DNA of 64,000 nucleotides from positions 186,001 through 250,000 of the forward strand of contig JBHGNT010000032.1 in NCBI GenBank assembly GCA_043228905.1. Direction: 5' to 3'. Below, piece after piece: positions 26,264 through 41,200 of this stretch. Source of the DNA: Azolla caroliniana. Lineage: Eukaryota; Plantae; Polypodiophyta. Both the position numbers and the translations under genes were made by a program. Each line of letters starts with the position of its first letter. Position 1 is the stretch's first letter. The notes beneath the pieces were generated by a model that worked only from the letters and a program-made list of their open reading frames with translations, was not told where the DNA came from and did not search any database.

Positions 26264-29200
26264 AAGGGCTCCTCTCAACTCCCTCCTCAAGTTTGCTATT
26301 TTCGTCATGTCTCTCGACCTGAGTTTCAAAATCTTGATTTTTTAATTCCATATCATACCTCACGTAGTTGGCTTCGATTCGCATGTTTGAACACAAAAAT
26401 CCGATATCACACGAGCCAGGTATGAACATTTTAATTACTTAAGGGCTCCTCTCAACTCCCTCCTCAAGTTTGCTATTTTCGTCATGTCTCTCGACCTGAG
26501 TTTCAAAATCTTGATTTTTTAATTCCATATCATAGCTAGCGTTGTTAGCTTCGATTCGCATGTTTGAAAACAAAAATCCGATATCACACGAGCCAGGTAT
26601 GAACATTTTAATTTACTCAAGGGCTGTTCTCAACTCACTCCTCAAATTTGCTATTTTCGTCATGTCTCTCGACCTGAGTTTCAAAATCTTGATTTTTTAA
26701 TTCCATATCATAGCTCGCGTTGTTGGCTTCGATTCGCATGTTTGAACACAAAAATCCGATATCACACGAGCCAGGTATGAACATTTTAATTTACTCAAGG
26801 GCTCCTCTCAACTCCCTCCTCAAGTTTGCTATTGTCATCATGTATCTCGACCTGAGTTTGAAATTCTTGATTTTTTAATTCCATATCATAGCTAGCGTTG
26901 TTAGCTTCGATTTGCATGTTTGAACACAAAAATCCGATATCACACGACCCAGGTATGAACATTTTAATCTACTCAAGGGCTCCTCTCAACTCCCTCCTCA
27001 AGTTTGCTATTTTCGTCATGTATCTCGACCTGAGTTTCAAATTCTTGATTTTTTAATTCCATATCATAGCTAGCGTTTCAAGCTTCGATTCGCATGTTTG
27101 AACACAAAAATCCGATATCACACGACCCAGGTATGAACATTTTAATCTACTCAAGGGCTCCTCTCAACTCCCTCCTCAAGTTTGCTATTTTCGTCATGTC
27201 TCTCGACCTGAGTTTCAAAATCTTGATTTTTTAATTCCATATCATAGCTAGCGTTTCAAGCTTCGATTTACATGTTTGAACACAAAAATCCGATATCACA
27301 CGAGCCAGGTATGAACATTTTAATTTACTCAAGGGCTCCTCTCAACTCCCTCCTCAAGTTTGCTATTTTCGTCATGTCTCTCGACCTGAGTTTCAAAATC
27401 TTGATTTTTTAATTCCATATCATAGCTAGCGTTTCAAGCTTCGATTTGCATGTTTGAACACAAAAATCCGATATCACACGAGCCAGGTATGAACATTTTA
27501 ATTTCTTAAGGGCTCCTCTCAAGTCCCTCCTCAAGTTTGCTATTTTCGTCATGTATCTCGACCTGAGTTTGAAATTCTTGATTTTTTAATTCCATATCAT
27601 AGCTAGCGTTGTTAGCTTCGATTTGCATGTTTGAACACAAAAATCCGATATCACACGAGCCAGGTATGAACATTTTAATTTACTCAAGGGCTCCTCTCAA
27701 CTCCCTCCTCAAGTTTGCTATTTTCGTCATGTCTCTCGACCTGAGTTTCAAAATCTTGATTTTTTAATTCCATATCATAGCTAGCGTTTCAAGCTTCGAT
27801 TTGCATGTTTGAACACAAAAATCTGATATCACACGAGCCAGGTATGAACATTTTAATTTCTTAAGGGCTCCTCTCAAGTCCCTCCTCAAGTTTGCTATTT
27901 TCGTCATGTCTCTCGACCTGAGTTTCAAAATCTTGATTTTTTAATTCCATATCATACCTCACGTAGTTGGCTTCGATTCGCATGTTTGAACACAAAAATC
28001 CCTCCTCTAGTTTGCTATTTTCGTCATGTCTCTCGACCTGAGTTTGAAATTCTTGATTTTTTAATTCCATATCATAGCTAGCGTTGTTAGCTTCGATTTG
28101 CATGTTTGAACACAAAAATCCGATATCACACGAGCCAGGTATGAACATTTTAATTTACTCAAGGGCTCCTCTCAACTCCCTCCTCAAGTTTGCTATTTTC
28201 GTCATGTATCTCGACCTGAGTTTGAAATTCTTGATTTTTTAATTCCATATCATAGCTAGCGTTGTTAGCTTCGATTTGCATGTTTGAACACAAAAATCCG
28301 ATATCACACGACCCAGGTATGAACATTTTAATTTACTCAAGGGCTGTTCTCAACTCACTCCTCAAATTTGCTATTTTCGTCATGTCTCTCGACCTGAGTT
28401 TCAAAATCTTGATTTTTTAATTCCATATCATAGCTCGCGTTGTTGGCTTCGATTCGCATGTTTGAACACAAAAATCCCATATCACACGAGCTAGGTATGA
28501 ACATTTTAATTTACTCAAGGGCTGTTCTCAACTCCGTCCTCAAGTTTGCTATTTTCGTCATGTCTCTCGACCTGGGTTTCAAAATCTTGATTTTTTAATT
28601 GCATATGATAGCTAGCGTTGTTGGCTTCGATTTGCATGTTTGAACACAAAAATCCGATATCACACGAGCCAGGTATGAACATTTTAATTTACTCAAGGGC
28701 TCCTCTCAACTCCCTCCTGAAGTTTGCTATTTTCGTCATGTCTCTCGACCTGAGTTTCAAAATCTTGATTTTTTAATTCCATATCATAGCTAGCGTTTCA
28801 AGCTTCGATTTGCATGTTTGAACACAAAAATCCGATATCACACGAGCCAGGTATGAACATTTTAATTTCTTAAGGGCTCCTCTCAAGTCCCTCCTCAAGT
28901 TTGCTATTTTCGTCATGTATCTCGACCTGAGTTTGAAATTCTTGATTTTTTAATTCCATATCATAGCTAGCGTTGTTAGCTTCGATTTGCATGTTTGAAC
29001 ACAAAAATCCGATATCACACGAGCCAGGTATGAACATTTTAATTTACTCAAGGGCTGTTCTCAACTCACTCCTCAAATTTGCTATTTTCGTCATGTCTCT
29101 CGACCTGAGTTTCAAAATCTTGATTTTTTAATTCCATATCATAGCTCGCGTTGTTGGCTTCGATTCGCATGTTTGAACACAAAAATCCGATATCACACGA

Positions 29201-32200
29201 GCCAGGTATGAACATTTTAATTTACTCAAGGGCTGTTCTCAACTCCGTCCTCAAGTTTGGTATTTTCGTCATGTCTCTCGACCTGGGTTTCAAAATCTTG
29301 ATTTTGTAATTGCATATGATAGCTAGCGTTGTTGGCTTCGATTCGCATGTTTGAACACAAAAATCCGATATCACACGACCCAGGTATGAACATTTTAATT
29401 TACTCAAGGGCTGTTCTCAACTCACTCCTCAAATTTGCTATTTTCGTCATGTCTCTCGACCTGAGTTTCAAAATCTTGATTTTTTAATTCCATATCATAG
29501 CTCGCGTTGTTGGCTTCGATTCGCATGTTTGAACACAAAAATCCCATATCACACGAGCCAGGTATGAACATTTTAATTTACTCAAGGGCTGTTCTCAACT
29601 CCGTCCTCAAGTTTGCTATTTTCGTCATGTCTCTCGACCTGGGTTTCAAAATCTTGATTTTTTAATTGCATATGATAGCTAGCGTTGTTGGCTTCGATTT
29701 GCATGTTTGAACACAAAAATCCGATATCACACGAGCCAGGTATGAACATTTTAATTACTTAAGGGCTCCTCTCAACTCCCTCCTCAAGTTTGCTATTTTC
29801 GTCATGTCTCTCGACCTGAGTTTCAAAATCTTGATTTTTTAATTCCATATCATACCTCACGTAGTTGCCTTCGATTCGCATGTTTGAACACAAAAATCCG
29901 ATATCACACGAGCCAGGTATGAACATTTTAATTACTTAAGGGCTCCTCTCAACTCCCTCCTCAAGTTTGCTATTTTCGTCATGTCTCTCGACCTGAGTTT
30001 CAAAATCTTGATTTTTTAATTCCATATCATAGCTAGCGTTGTTAGCTTCGATTCGCATGTTTGAAAACAAAAATCCGATATCACACGAGCCAGGTATGAA
30101 CATTTTAATTTACTCAAGCGCTGTTCTCAACTCACTCCTCAAATTTGCTATTTTCGTCATGTCTCTCGACCTGAGTTTCAAAGTCTTTATTTTATAATTC
30201 CATATCATAGCTCGCGTTGTTGGCTTCGATTCGCATGTTTGAACACAAAAATCCGATATCACACGAGCCAGGTATGAACATTTTAATTTACTCAAGGGCT
30301 CCTCTCAACTCCCTCCTCAAGTTTGCTATTTTCGTCATGTCTCTCGACCTGAGCTTCAAAATCTTGATTTTTTAATTCCATATCATAGCTCGCGTTGTTG
30401 GCTTCGATTCGCATGTTTGAACACAAAAATCCGATATCACACGAGCCAGGTATGAACATTTTAATTTACTCAAGGGCTCCTCTCAACTCCCTCCTCAAGT
30501 TTGCTATTTTCGTCATGTCTCTCGACCTGAGCTTCAAAATCTTGATTTTTTAATTCCATATCATAGCTCGCGTTGTTGGCTTCGATTCGCATGTTTGAAC
30601 ACAAAAATCCGATATCACACGAGCCAGGTATGAACATTTTAATTTACTCAAGGGCTCCTCTCAACTCCCTCCTCAAGTTTGCTATTTTCGTCATGTCTCT
30701 CGACCTGAGCTTCAAAATCTTGATTTTTTAATTCCATATCATAGCTCGCGTTGTTGCCTTCGATTCGCATGTTTGAACACAAAAATCCGATATCACAAGA
30801 GCCAGGTATGAACATTTTAATTTACTCAAGGGCTCCTCTCAATTCCCTCCTCAAGTTTGCTATTTTCGTCATGTCTCTCGACCTGAGTTTGAAATTCTTG
30901 ATTTTTTAATTCCATATCATAGCTAGCGTTTCAAGCTTCGATATGCATGTTTGAACACAAAAATCCGATATCACACGAGCCAGGTATGAACATTTTAATT
31001 TACTCAAGGGCTCCTCTCAACTCCCTCCTCAAATTTGCTATTTTCGTCATGTCTCTCGACCTGAGTTTCAAAATCTTGATTTTTTAATTCCATATCATAG
31101 CTAGCGTTGTTAGCTTCGATTTGCATGTTTGAACACAAAAATCCGATATCACACGAGCCAGGTATGAACATTTTAATTTACTCAAGGGCTCCTCTCAACT
31201 CCCTCCTCAAGTTTGCTATTTTCGTCATGTCTCTCGACCTGAGTTTCAAATTCTTGATTTTTTAATTCCATATCATAGCTAGCATCGTTAGCTTCGATTT
31301 GCATGTTTGAACACAAAAATCCGATATCACACGACCCAGGTATGAACATTTTAATCTACTCAAGGGCTCCTCTCAACTCCCTCCTCAAGTTTGCTATTTT
31401 CGTCATGTTTAATTCTATATCATAGCTAGCGTTTCAAGCTTCGATTTGCATGTTTGAACACAAAAATCCGATATCACACGAGCCAGGTATGAACATTTTA
31501 ATTTACTCAAGGGCTCCTCTCAACTCCCTCCTCAAGTTTGCTATTTTCGTCATGTCTCTCGACCTGAGTTTCAAAATCTTGATTTTTTAATTCCATATCA
31601 TACCTCACGTAGTTGGCTTCGATTCGCATGTTTGAACACAAAAATCCGATATCACACGAGCCAGGTATGAACATTTTAATTACTTAAGGGCTCCTCTCAA
31701 CTCCCTCCTCAAGTTTGCTATTTTCGTCATGTCTCTCGACCTGAGTTTAAAAATCTTGATTTTTTAATTCCATATCATAGCTAGCGTTGTTAGCTTCGAT
31801 TCGCATGTTTGAAAACAAAAATCCGATATCACACGAGCCAGGTATGAACATTTTAATTTACTCAAGGGCTCCTCTCAACTCCCTCCTCAAGTTTGCTATT
31901 TTCGTCATGTCTCTCGACCTGAGTTTAAAAATCTTGATTTTTTAATTCCATATCATAGCTAGCGTTTCAAGCTTCGATTTGCATGTTTGAACACAAAAAT
32001 CCGAGATCACACGAGCCAGGTATGAATATTTTAATTTACTCAAGGGCTCCTCTCAACTCCCTCCTCAAGTTTGCTATTTTCTTCATGTCTCTCGACCTGA
32101 GCTTCAAAATCTTGATTTTTTAATTCCATATCATAGCTCGCGTTGTTGGCTTCGATTCGCATGTTTGAACACAAAAATCCGATATCACACGAGCCAGGTA

Positions 32201-35200
32201 TGAACATTTTAATTTACTCAAGGGCTCCTCTCAACTCCCTCCTCAAGTTTGCTATTTTCGTCATGTCTCTCGACCTGAGCTTCAAAATCTTGATTTTTTA
32301 ATTCCATATCATAGCTCGCGTTGTTGGCTTCGATTCGCATGTTTGAACACAAAAATCCGATATCACAAGAGCCAGGTATGAACATTTTAATTTACTCAAG
32401 CGCTCCTCTCAATTCCCTCCTCAAGTTTGCTATTTTCGTCATGTCTCTCGACCTGAGTTTGAAATTCTTGATTTTTTAATTCCATATCATAGCTAGCGTT
32501 TCAAGCTTCGATATGCATGTTTGAACACAAAAATCCGATATCACACGAGCCAGGTATGAACATTTTAATTTACTCAAGGGCTCCTCTCAACTCCCTCCTC
32601 AAATTTGCTATTTTCGTCATGTCTCTCGACCTGAGTTTCAAAATCTTGATTTTTTAATTCCATATCATAGCTAGCGTTGTTAGCTTCGATTTGCATGTTT
32701 GAACACAAAAATCCGATATCACACGAGCCAGGTATGAACATTTTAATTTACTCAAGGGCTCCTCTCAACTCCCTCCTCAAGTTTGCTATTTTCGTCATGT
32801 CTCTCGACCTGAGTTTCAAATTCTTGATTTTTTAATTCCATATCATAGCTAGCATCGTTAGCTTCGATTTGCATGTTTGAACACAAAAATCCGATATCAC
32901 ACGACCCAGGTATGAACATTTTAATCTACTCAAGGGCTCCTCTCAACTCCCTCCTCAAGTTTGCTATTTTCGTCATGTTTAATTCTATATCATAGCTAGC
33001 GTTTCAAGCTTCGATTTGCATGTTTGAACACAAAAATCCGATATCACACGAGCCAGGTATGAACATTTTAATTTACTCAAGGGCTCCTCTCAACTCCCTC
33101 CTCAAGTTTGCTATTTTCGTCATGTCTCTCGACCTGAGTTTCAAAATCTTGATTTTTTAATTCCATATCATACCTCACGTAGTTGGCTTCGATTCGCATG
33201 TTTGAACACAAAAATCCGATATCACACGAGCCAGGTATGAACATTTTAATTACTTAAGGGCTCCTCTCAACTCCCTCCTCAAGTTTGCTATTTTCGTCAT
33301 GTCTCTCGACCTGAGTTTAAAAATCTTGATTTTTTAATTCCATATCATAGCTAGCGTTGTTAGCTTCGATTCGCATGTTTGAAAACAAAAATCCGATATC
33401 ACACGAGCCAGGTATGAACATTTTAATTTACTCAAGGGCTCCTCTCAACTCCCTCCTCAAGTTTGCTATTTTCGTCATGTCTCTCGACCTGAGTTTAAAA
33501 ATCTTGATTTTTTAATTCCATATCATAGCTAGCGTTGTTGGCTTCGATTTGCATGTTTGAACACAAAAATCCGATATCACACGAGCCAGGTATGAATATT
33601 TTAATTTACTCAAGGGCTCCTCTCAACTCCCTCCTCAAGTTTGCTATTTTCGTCATGTCTCTCGACCTGAGTTTGAAATTCTTGATTTTTTAATTCCATA
33701 TGATAGCTAGCGTTTCAAGCTTCGATTCGCATGTTTGAACACAAAAATCCGATATCACACGAGCCAGGTATGAACATTTTAATTTACTCAAGGGCTCCTC
33801 TCAACTCCCTCCTCAAATTTGCTATTTTCGTCATGTCTCTCGACCTGAGTTTCAAAATCTTGATTTTTTAATTCCATATCATAGCTAGCGTTGTTAGCTT
33901 CGATTTGCATGTTTGAACACAAAAATCCGATATCACACGAGCCAGGTATGAACATTTTAATTTACTCAAGGGCTCCTCTCAACTCCCTCCTCAAGTTTGC
34001 TATTTTCGTCATGTCTCTCGACCTGAGTTTCAAATTCTTGATTTTTTAATTCCATATCATAGCTAGCGTTTCAAGCTTCGATTCGCATGTTTGAACACAA
34101 AAATCCGATATCACACGAGCCAGGTATGAACATTTTAATTTACTCAAGGGCTCCTCTCAACTCCCTCCTCAAGTTTGCTATTTTCGTCATGTCTCTCAAC
34201 CTGAGTTTGAAATTCTTGATTTTTTAATTCCATATCATAGCTAGCGTTTCAAGCTTCGATTTGCATGTTTGAACACAAAAATCCGATATCACACGAGCCA
34301 GGTATGAACATTTTAATTTACTCAAGGGCTCCTCTCAACTCCCTCCTCAAGTTTGCTATTTTCGTCATGTCTCTCGACCTGAGCTTCAAAATCTTGATTT
34401 TTTAATTCCATATCATACCTCACGTAGTTGGCTTCGATTCGCATGTTTGAACACAAAAATCCCTCCTCTAGTTTGCTATTTTCGTCATGTCTCTCGACCT
34501 GAGTTTGAAATTCTTGATTTTTTAATTCCATATCATAGCTAGCGTTGTTAGCTTCGATTTGCATGTTTGAACACAAAAATCCGATATCACACGAGCCAGG
34601 TATGAACATTTTAATTTACTCAAGGGCTGTTCTCAACTCACTCCTCAAGTTTGCTATTTTCGTCATGTCTCTCGACCTGAGTTTGAAATTCTTGATTTTT
34701 TAATTCCATATCATAGCTCACGTAGTTGGCTTCGATTCGCATGTTTGAACACAAAAATCCGATATCACACGAGCCAGGTATGAACATTTTAATTTACTCA
34801 AGGGCTCCTCTCAACTCCCTCCTCAAGTTTGCTATTTTCGTCATGTCTCTCGACCTGAGTTTCAAAATCTTGATATTTTAATTCCATATCATAGCTAGCG
34901 TTTCAAGCTTCGATTCGCATGTTTGAACACAAAAATCCGATATCACACGAGCCAGGTATGAACATTTTAATTTACTCAAGGGCTCCTCTCAACTCCCTCC
35001 TCAAGTTTGCTATTTTCTTCATGTCTCTCGACCTGAGTTTTAAAATCTTGATTTTTTAATTCCATATCATAGCTAGCGTTTCAAGCTTCGATTCGCATGT
35101 TTGAACACAAAAATCCGATATCACACGAGCCAGGTATGAACATTTTAATTTACTCAAGGGCTCCTCTCAACTCCCTCCTCAAGTTTGCTATTTTCGTCAT

Positions 35201-38200
35201 GTCTCTCGACCTGAGTTTCAAAATCTTGATTTTTTAATTCCATATCATACCTCACGTAGTTGGCTTCGATTCGCATGTTTGAAGACAAAAATCCGATATC
35301 ACACGAGCCAGGTATGAACATTTTAATTACTTAAGGGCTCCTCTCAACTCCCTCCTCAAGTTTGCTATTTTCGTCATGTCTCTCGACCTGAGTTTCAAAA
35401 TCTTGATTTTTTAATTCCCTATCATAGCTAGCGTTTCAAGCTTCGATTCGCATGTTTGAACACAAAAATCCGATATCACACGAGCCAGGTATGAACATTT
35501 TAATTTACTCAAGGGCTGTTCTCAACTCCGTCCTCAAGTTTGCTATTTTCGTCATGTCTCTGGACCTGAGTTTCAAAATATTGATTTTTTAATTCCATAT
35601 CATAGCTAGCGTTTCAAGCTTCGATTTGCATGTTTGAACACAAAAATCCGATATCACACGACCCAGGTATGAACATTTTAATTTACTCAAGGGCTCCTCT
35701 CAACTCCCTCCTCAAGTTTGCTATTTTCGTCATGTCTCTCGACCTGAGTTTCAAAATCTTGATTTTTTAATTCCATATCATAGCTAGCGTTTCAAGCTTC
35801 GATTTGCATGTTTGAACACAAAAATCCGATATCACACGAGCCAGGTATGAACATTTTAATTTACTCAAGGGCTCCTCTCAACTCCCTCCTCAAGTTTGCT
35901 ATTTTCGTCATATCTCTCGACCTGAGTTTCAAAATCTTGATTTTTTAATTCCATATCATAGCTAGCGTTTCAAGCTTCGATTCGCATGTTTGAACACAAA
36001 AATCCGATATCACACGAGCCAGGTATGAACATTTTAATTTACTCAAGGGCTCCTCTCAACTCCCTCCTCAAGTTTGCTATTTTCTTCATGTCTCTCGACC
36101 TGAGTTTTAAAATCTTGATTTTTTAATTCCATATCATAGCTAGCGTTTCAAGCTTCGATTTGCATGTTTGAACACAAAAATCCGATATCACACGAGCCAG
36201 GTATGAACATTTTAATTTACTCAAGGGCTCCTCTCAACTCCCTCCTCAAGTTTGCTATTTTCGTCATGTCTCTCGACCTGAGTTTCAAAATCTTGATTTT
36301 TTAATTCCATATCATACCTCACGTAGTTGGCTTCGATTCGCATGTTTGAAGACAAAAATCCGATATCACACGAGCCAGGTATGAACATTTTAATTACTTA
36401 AGGGCTCCTCTCAACTCCCTCCTCAAGTTTGCTATTTTCGTCATGTCTCTCGACCTGAGTTTCAAAATCTTGATTTTTTAATTCCCTATCATAGCTAGCG
36501 TTTCAAGCTTCGATTCGCATGTTTGAACACAAAAATCCGATATCACACGAGCCAGGTATGAACATTTTAATTTACTCAAGGGCTGTTCTCAACTCCGTCC
36601 TCAAGTTTGCTATTTTCGTCATGTCTCTGGACCTGAGTTTCAAAATATTGATTTTTTAATTCCATATCATAGCTAGCGTTTCAAGCTTCGATTTGCATGT
36701 TTGAACACAAAAATCCGATATCACACGACTCAGGTATGAACATTTTAATTTACTCAAGGGCTCCTCTCAACTCCCTCCTCAAGTTTGCTATTTTCGTCAT
36801 GTCTCTCGACCTGAGTTTCAAAATCTTGATTTTTTAATTCCATATCATAGCTAGCGTTTCAAGCTTCGATTTGCATGTTTGAACACAAAAAACCGATATC
36901 ACACGAGCCAGGTATGAACATTTTATTTTACTCAAGGGCTCCTCTCAACTCCCTCCTCAAGTTTGCTATTTTCGTCATGTCTCTCGACCTGAGTTTCAAA
37001 ATCTTGATTTTTTAATTCCATATCATAGCTAGCGTTTCAAGCTTCGATTCGCATGTTTGAACACAAAAATCCGATATCACACGAGCCAGGTATGAACATT
37101 TTAATTTACTCAAGGGCTCCTCTCAACTCCCTCCTCAAGTTTGCTATTTTCTTCATGTCTCTCGACCTGAGTTTTAAAATCTTGATTTTTTAATTCCATA
37201 TCATAGCTAGCGTTTCAAGCTTCGATTTGCATGTTTGAACACAAAAATCCGATATCACACGACCCAGGTATGAACATTTTAATCTACTCAAGGGCTCCTC
37301 TCAACTCCCTCCTCAAGTTTGCTATTTTCGTCATGTCTCTCGACCTGAGTTTCAAAATCTTGATTTTTTAATTCCATATCATACCTCACGTAGTTGGCTT
37401 CGATTCGCATGTTTGAACACAAAAATCCGATATCACACGAGCCAGGTATGAACATTTTAATTACTTAAGGGCTCCTCTCAACTCCCTCCTCAAGTTTGCT
37501 ATTTTCGTCATGTCTCTCGACCTGAGTTTCAAAATCTTGATTTTTTAATTCCATATCATAGCTAGCGTTGTTAGCTTCGATTCGCATGTTTGAAAACAAA
37601 AATCCGATATCACACGAGCCAGGTATGAACATTTTAATTTACTCAAGGGCTGTTCTCAACTCACTCCTCAAATTTGCTATTTTCGTCATGTCTCTCGACC
37701 TGAGTTTCAAAATCTTGATTTTTTAATTCCATATCATAGCTCGCGTTGTTGGCTTCGATTCGCATGTTTGAACACAAAAATCCGATATCACACGAGCCAG
37801 GTATGAACATTTTAATTTACTCAAGGGCTCCTCTCAACTCCCTCCTCAAGTTTGCTATTGTCATCATGTATCTCGACCTGAGTTTGAAATTCTTGATTTT
37901 TTAATTCCATATCATAGCTAGCGTTGTTAGCTTCGATTTGCATGTTTGAACACAAAAATCCGATATCACACGACCCAGGTATGAACATTTTAATCTACTC
38001 AAGGGCTCCTCTCAACTCCCTCCTCAAGTTTGCTATTTTCGTCATGTATCTCGACCTGAGTTTCAAATTCTTGATTTTTTAATTCCATATCATAGCTAGC
38101 GTTTCAAGCTTCGATTCGCATGTTTGAACACAAAAATCCGATATCACACGACCCAGGTATGAACATTTTAATCTACTCAAGGGCTCCTCTCAACTCCCTC

Positions 38201-41200
38201 CTCAAGTTTGCTATTTTCGTCATGTCTCTCGACCTGAGTTTCAAAATCTTGATTTTTTAATTCCATATCATAGCTAGCGTTTCAAGCTTCGATTTACATG
38301 TTTGAACACAAAAATCCGATATCACACGAGCCAGGTATGAACATTTTAATTTACTCAAGGGCTCCTCTCAACTCCCTCCTCAAGTTTGCTATTTTCGTCA
38401 TGTCTCTCGACCTGAGTTTCAAAATCTTGATTTTTTAATTCCATATCATAGCTAGCGTTTCAAGCTTCGATTTGCATGTTTGAACACAAAAATCCGATAT
38501 CACACGAGCCAGGTATGAACATTTTAATTTCTTAAGGGCTCCTCTCAAGTCCCTCCTCAAGTTTGCTATTTTCGTCATGTATCTCGACCTGAGTTTGAAA
38601 TTCTTGATTTTTTAATTCCATATCATAGCTAGCGTTGTTAGCTTCGATTTGCATGTTTGAACACAAAAATCCGATATCACACGAGCCAGGTATGAACATT
38701 TTAATTTACTCAAGGGCTCCTCTCAACTCCCTCCTCAAGTTTGCTATTTTCGTCATGTCTCTCGACCTGAGTTTCAAAATCTTGATTTTTTAATTCCATA
38801 TCATAGCTAGCGTTTCAAGCTTCGATTTGCATGTTTGAACACAAAAATCTGATATCACACGAGCCAGGTATGAACATTTTAATTTCTTAAGGGCTCCTCT
38901 CAAGTCCCTCCTCAAGTTTGCTATTTTCGTCATGTCTCTCGACCTGAGTTTCAAAATCTTGATTTTTTAATTCCATATCATACCTCACGTAGTTGGCTTC
39001 GATTCGCATGTTTGAACACAAAAATCCCTCCTCTAGTTTGCTATTTTCGTCATGTCTCTCGACCTGAGTTTGAAATTCTTGATTTTTTAATTCCATATCA
39101 TAGCTAGCGTTGTTAGCTTCGATTTGCATGTTTGAACACAAAAATCCGATATCACACGAGCCAGGTATGAACATTTTAATTTACTCAAGGGCTCCTCTCA
39201 ACTCCCTCCTCAAGTTTGCTATTTTCGTCATGTATCTCGACCTGAGTTTGAAATTCTTGATTTTTTAATTCCATATCATAGCTAGCGTTGTTAGCTTCGA
39301 TTTGCATGTTTGAACACAAAAATCCGATATCACACGACCCAGGTATGAACATTTTAATTTACTCAAGGGCTGTTCTCAACTCACTCCTCAAATTTGCTAT
39401 TTTCGTCATGTCTCTCGACCTGAGTTTCAAAATCTTGATTTTTTAATTCCATATCATAGCTCGCGTTGTTGGCTTCGATTCGCATGTTTGAACACAAAAA
39501 TCCCATATCACACGAGCTAGGTATGAACATTTTAATTTACTCAAGGGCTGTTCTCAACTCCGTCCTCAAGTTTGCTATTTTCGTCATGTCTCTCGACCTG
39601 GGTTTCAAAATCTTGATTTTTTAATTGCATATGATAGCTAGCGTTGTTGGCTTCGATTTGCATGTTTGAACACAAAAATCCGATATCACACGAGCCAGGT
39701 ATGAACATTTTAATTTACTCAAGGGCTCCTCTCAACTCCCTCCTCAAGTTTGCTATTTTCGTCATGTCTCTCGACCTGAGTTTCAAAATCTTGATTTTTT
39801 AATTCCATATCATAGCTAGCGTTTCAAGCTTCGATTTGCATGTTTGAACACAAAAATCCGATATCACACGAGCCAGGTATGAACATTTTAATTTCTTAAG
39901 GGCTCCTCTCAAGTCCCTCCTCAAGTTTGCTATTTTCGTCATGTATCTCGACCTGAGTTTGAAATTCTTGATTTTTTAATTCCATATCATAGCTAGCGTT
40001 GTTAGCTTCGATTTGCATGTTTGAACACAAAAATCCGATATCACACGAGCCAGGTATGAACATTTTAATTTACTCAAGGGCTGTTCTCAACTCACTCCTC
40101 AAATTTGCTATTTTCGTCATGTCTCTCGACCTGAGTTTCAAAATCTTGATTTTTTAATTCCATATCATAGCTCGCGTTGTTGGCTTCGATTCGCATGTTT
40201 GAACACAAAAATCCGATATCACACGAGCCAGGTATGAACATTTTAATTTACTCAAGGGCTGTTCTCAACTCCGTCCTCAAGTTTGGTATTTTCGTCATGT
40301 CTCTCGACCTGGGTTTCAAAATCTTGATTTTGTAATTGCATATGATAGCTAGCGTTGTTGGCTTCGATTCGCATGTTTGAACACAAAAATCCGATATCAC
40401 ACGACCCAGGTATGAACATTTTAATTTACTCAAGGGCTGTTCTCAACTCACTCCTCAAATTTGCTATTTTCGTCATGTCTCTCGACCTGAGTTTCAAAAT
40501 CTTGATTTTTTAATTCCATATCATAGCTCGCGTTGTTGGCTTCGATTCGCATGTTTGAACACAAAAATCCCATATCACACGAGCCAGGTATGAACATTTT
40601 AATTTACTCAAGGGCTGTTCTCAACTCCGTCCTCAAGTTTGCTATTTTCGTCATGTCTCTCGACCTGGGTTTCAAAATCTTGATTTTTTAATTGCATATG
40701 ATAGCTAGCGTTGTTGGCTTCGATTTGCATGTTTGAACACAAAAATCCGATATCACACGAGCCAGGTATGAACATTTTAATTTACTCAAGGGCTCCTCTC
40801 AACTCCCTCCTCAAGTTTGCTATTTTCGTCATGTCTCTCGACCTGAGTTTCAAAATCTTGATTTTTTAATTCCATATCATAGCTAGCCTTTTAAGCTTCG
40901 ATTTGCATGTTTGAACACAAAAATCCGATATCACACGAGCCAGGTATGAACATTTTAATTTCTTAAGGGCTCCTCTCAAGTCCCTCCTCAAGTTTGCTAT
41001 TTTCGTCATGTATCTCGACCTGAGTTTGAAATTCTTGATTTTTTAATTCCATATCATAGCTAGCGTTGTTAGCTTCGATTTGCATGTTTGAACACAAAAA
41101 TCCGATATCACACGACCCAGGTATGAACATTTTAATTTACTCAAGGGCTGTTCTCAACTCACTCCTCAAATTTGCTATTTTCGTCATGTCTCTCGACCTG

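Larger units (their letters stand above)
18665..40716 (+). repeat. 11,026-bp tandem duplication (63 monomers; 18665-29690 / 29691-40716)
   Basis: Constant 11,026 offset for ORF pairs 19084/30110, 23296/34322, 27861/38887 and 29222/40248, and for all deletion junctions. 63x178-2x31-2x58-10=11026. Confidence 0.95.

Noticed and set aside
884-40433. Recurrent 61-67 aa ORFs on both strands
   Set aside because: Each is about one monomer long and opens only where a satellite variant removes a stop codon. They overlap on opposite strands and show no recognisable domain or gene context.
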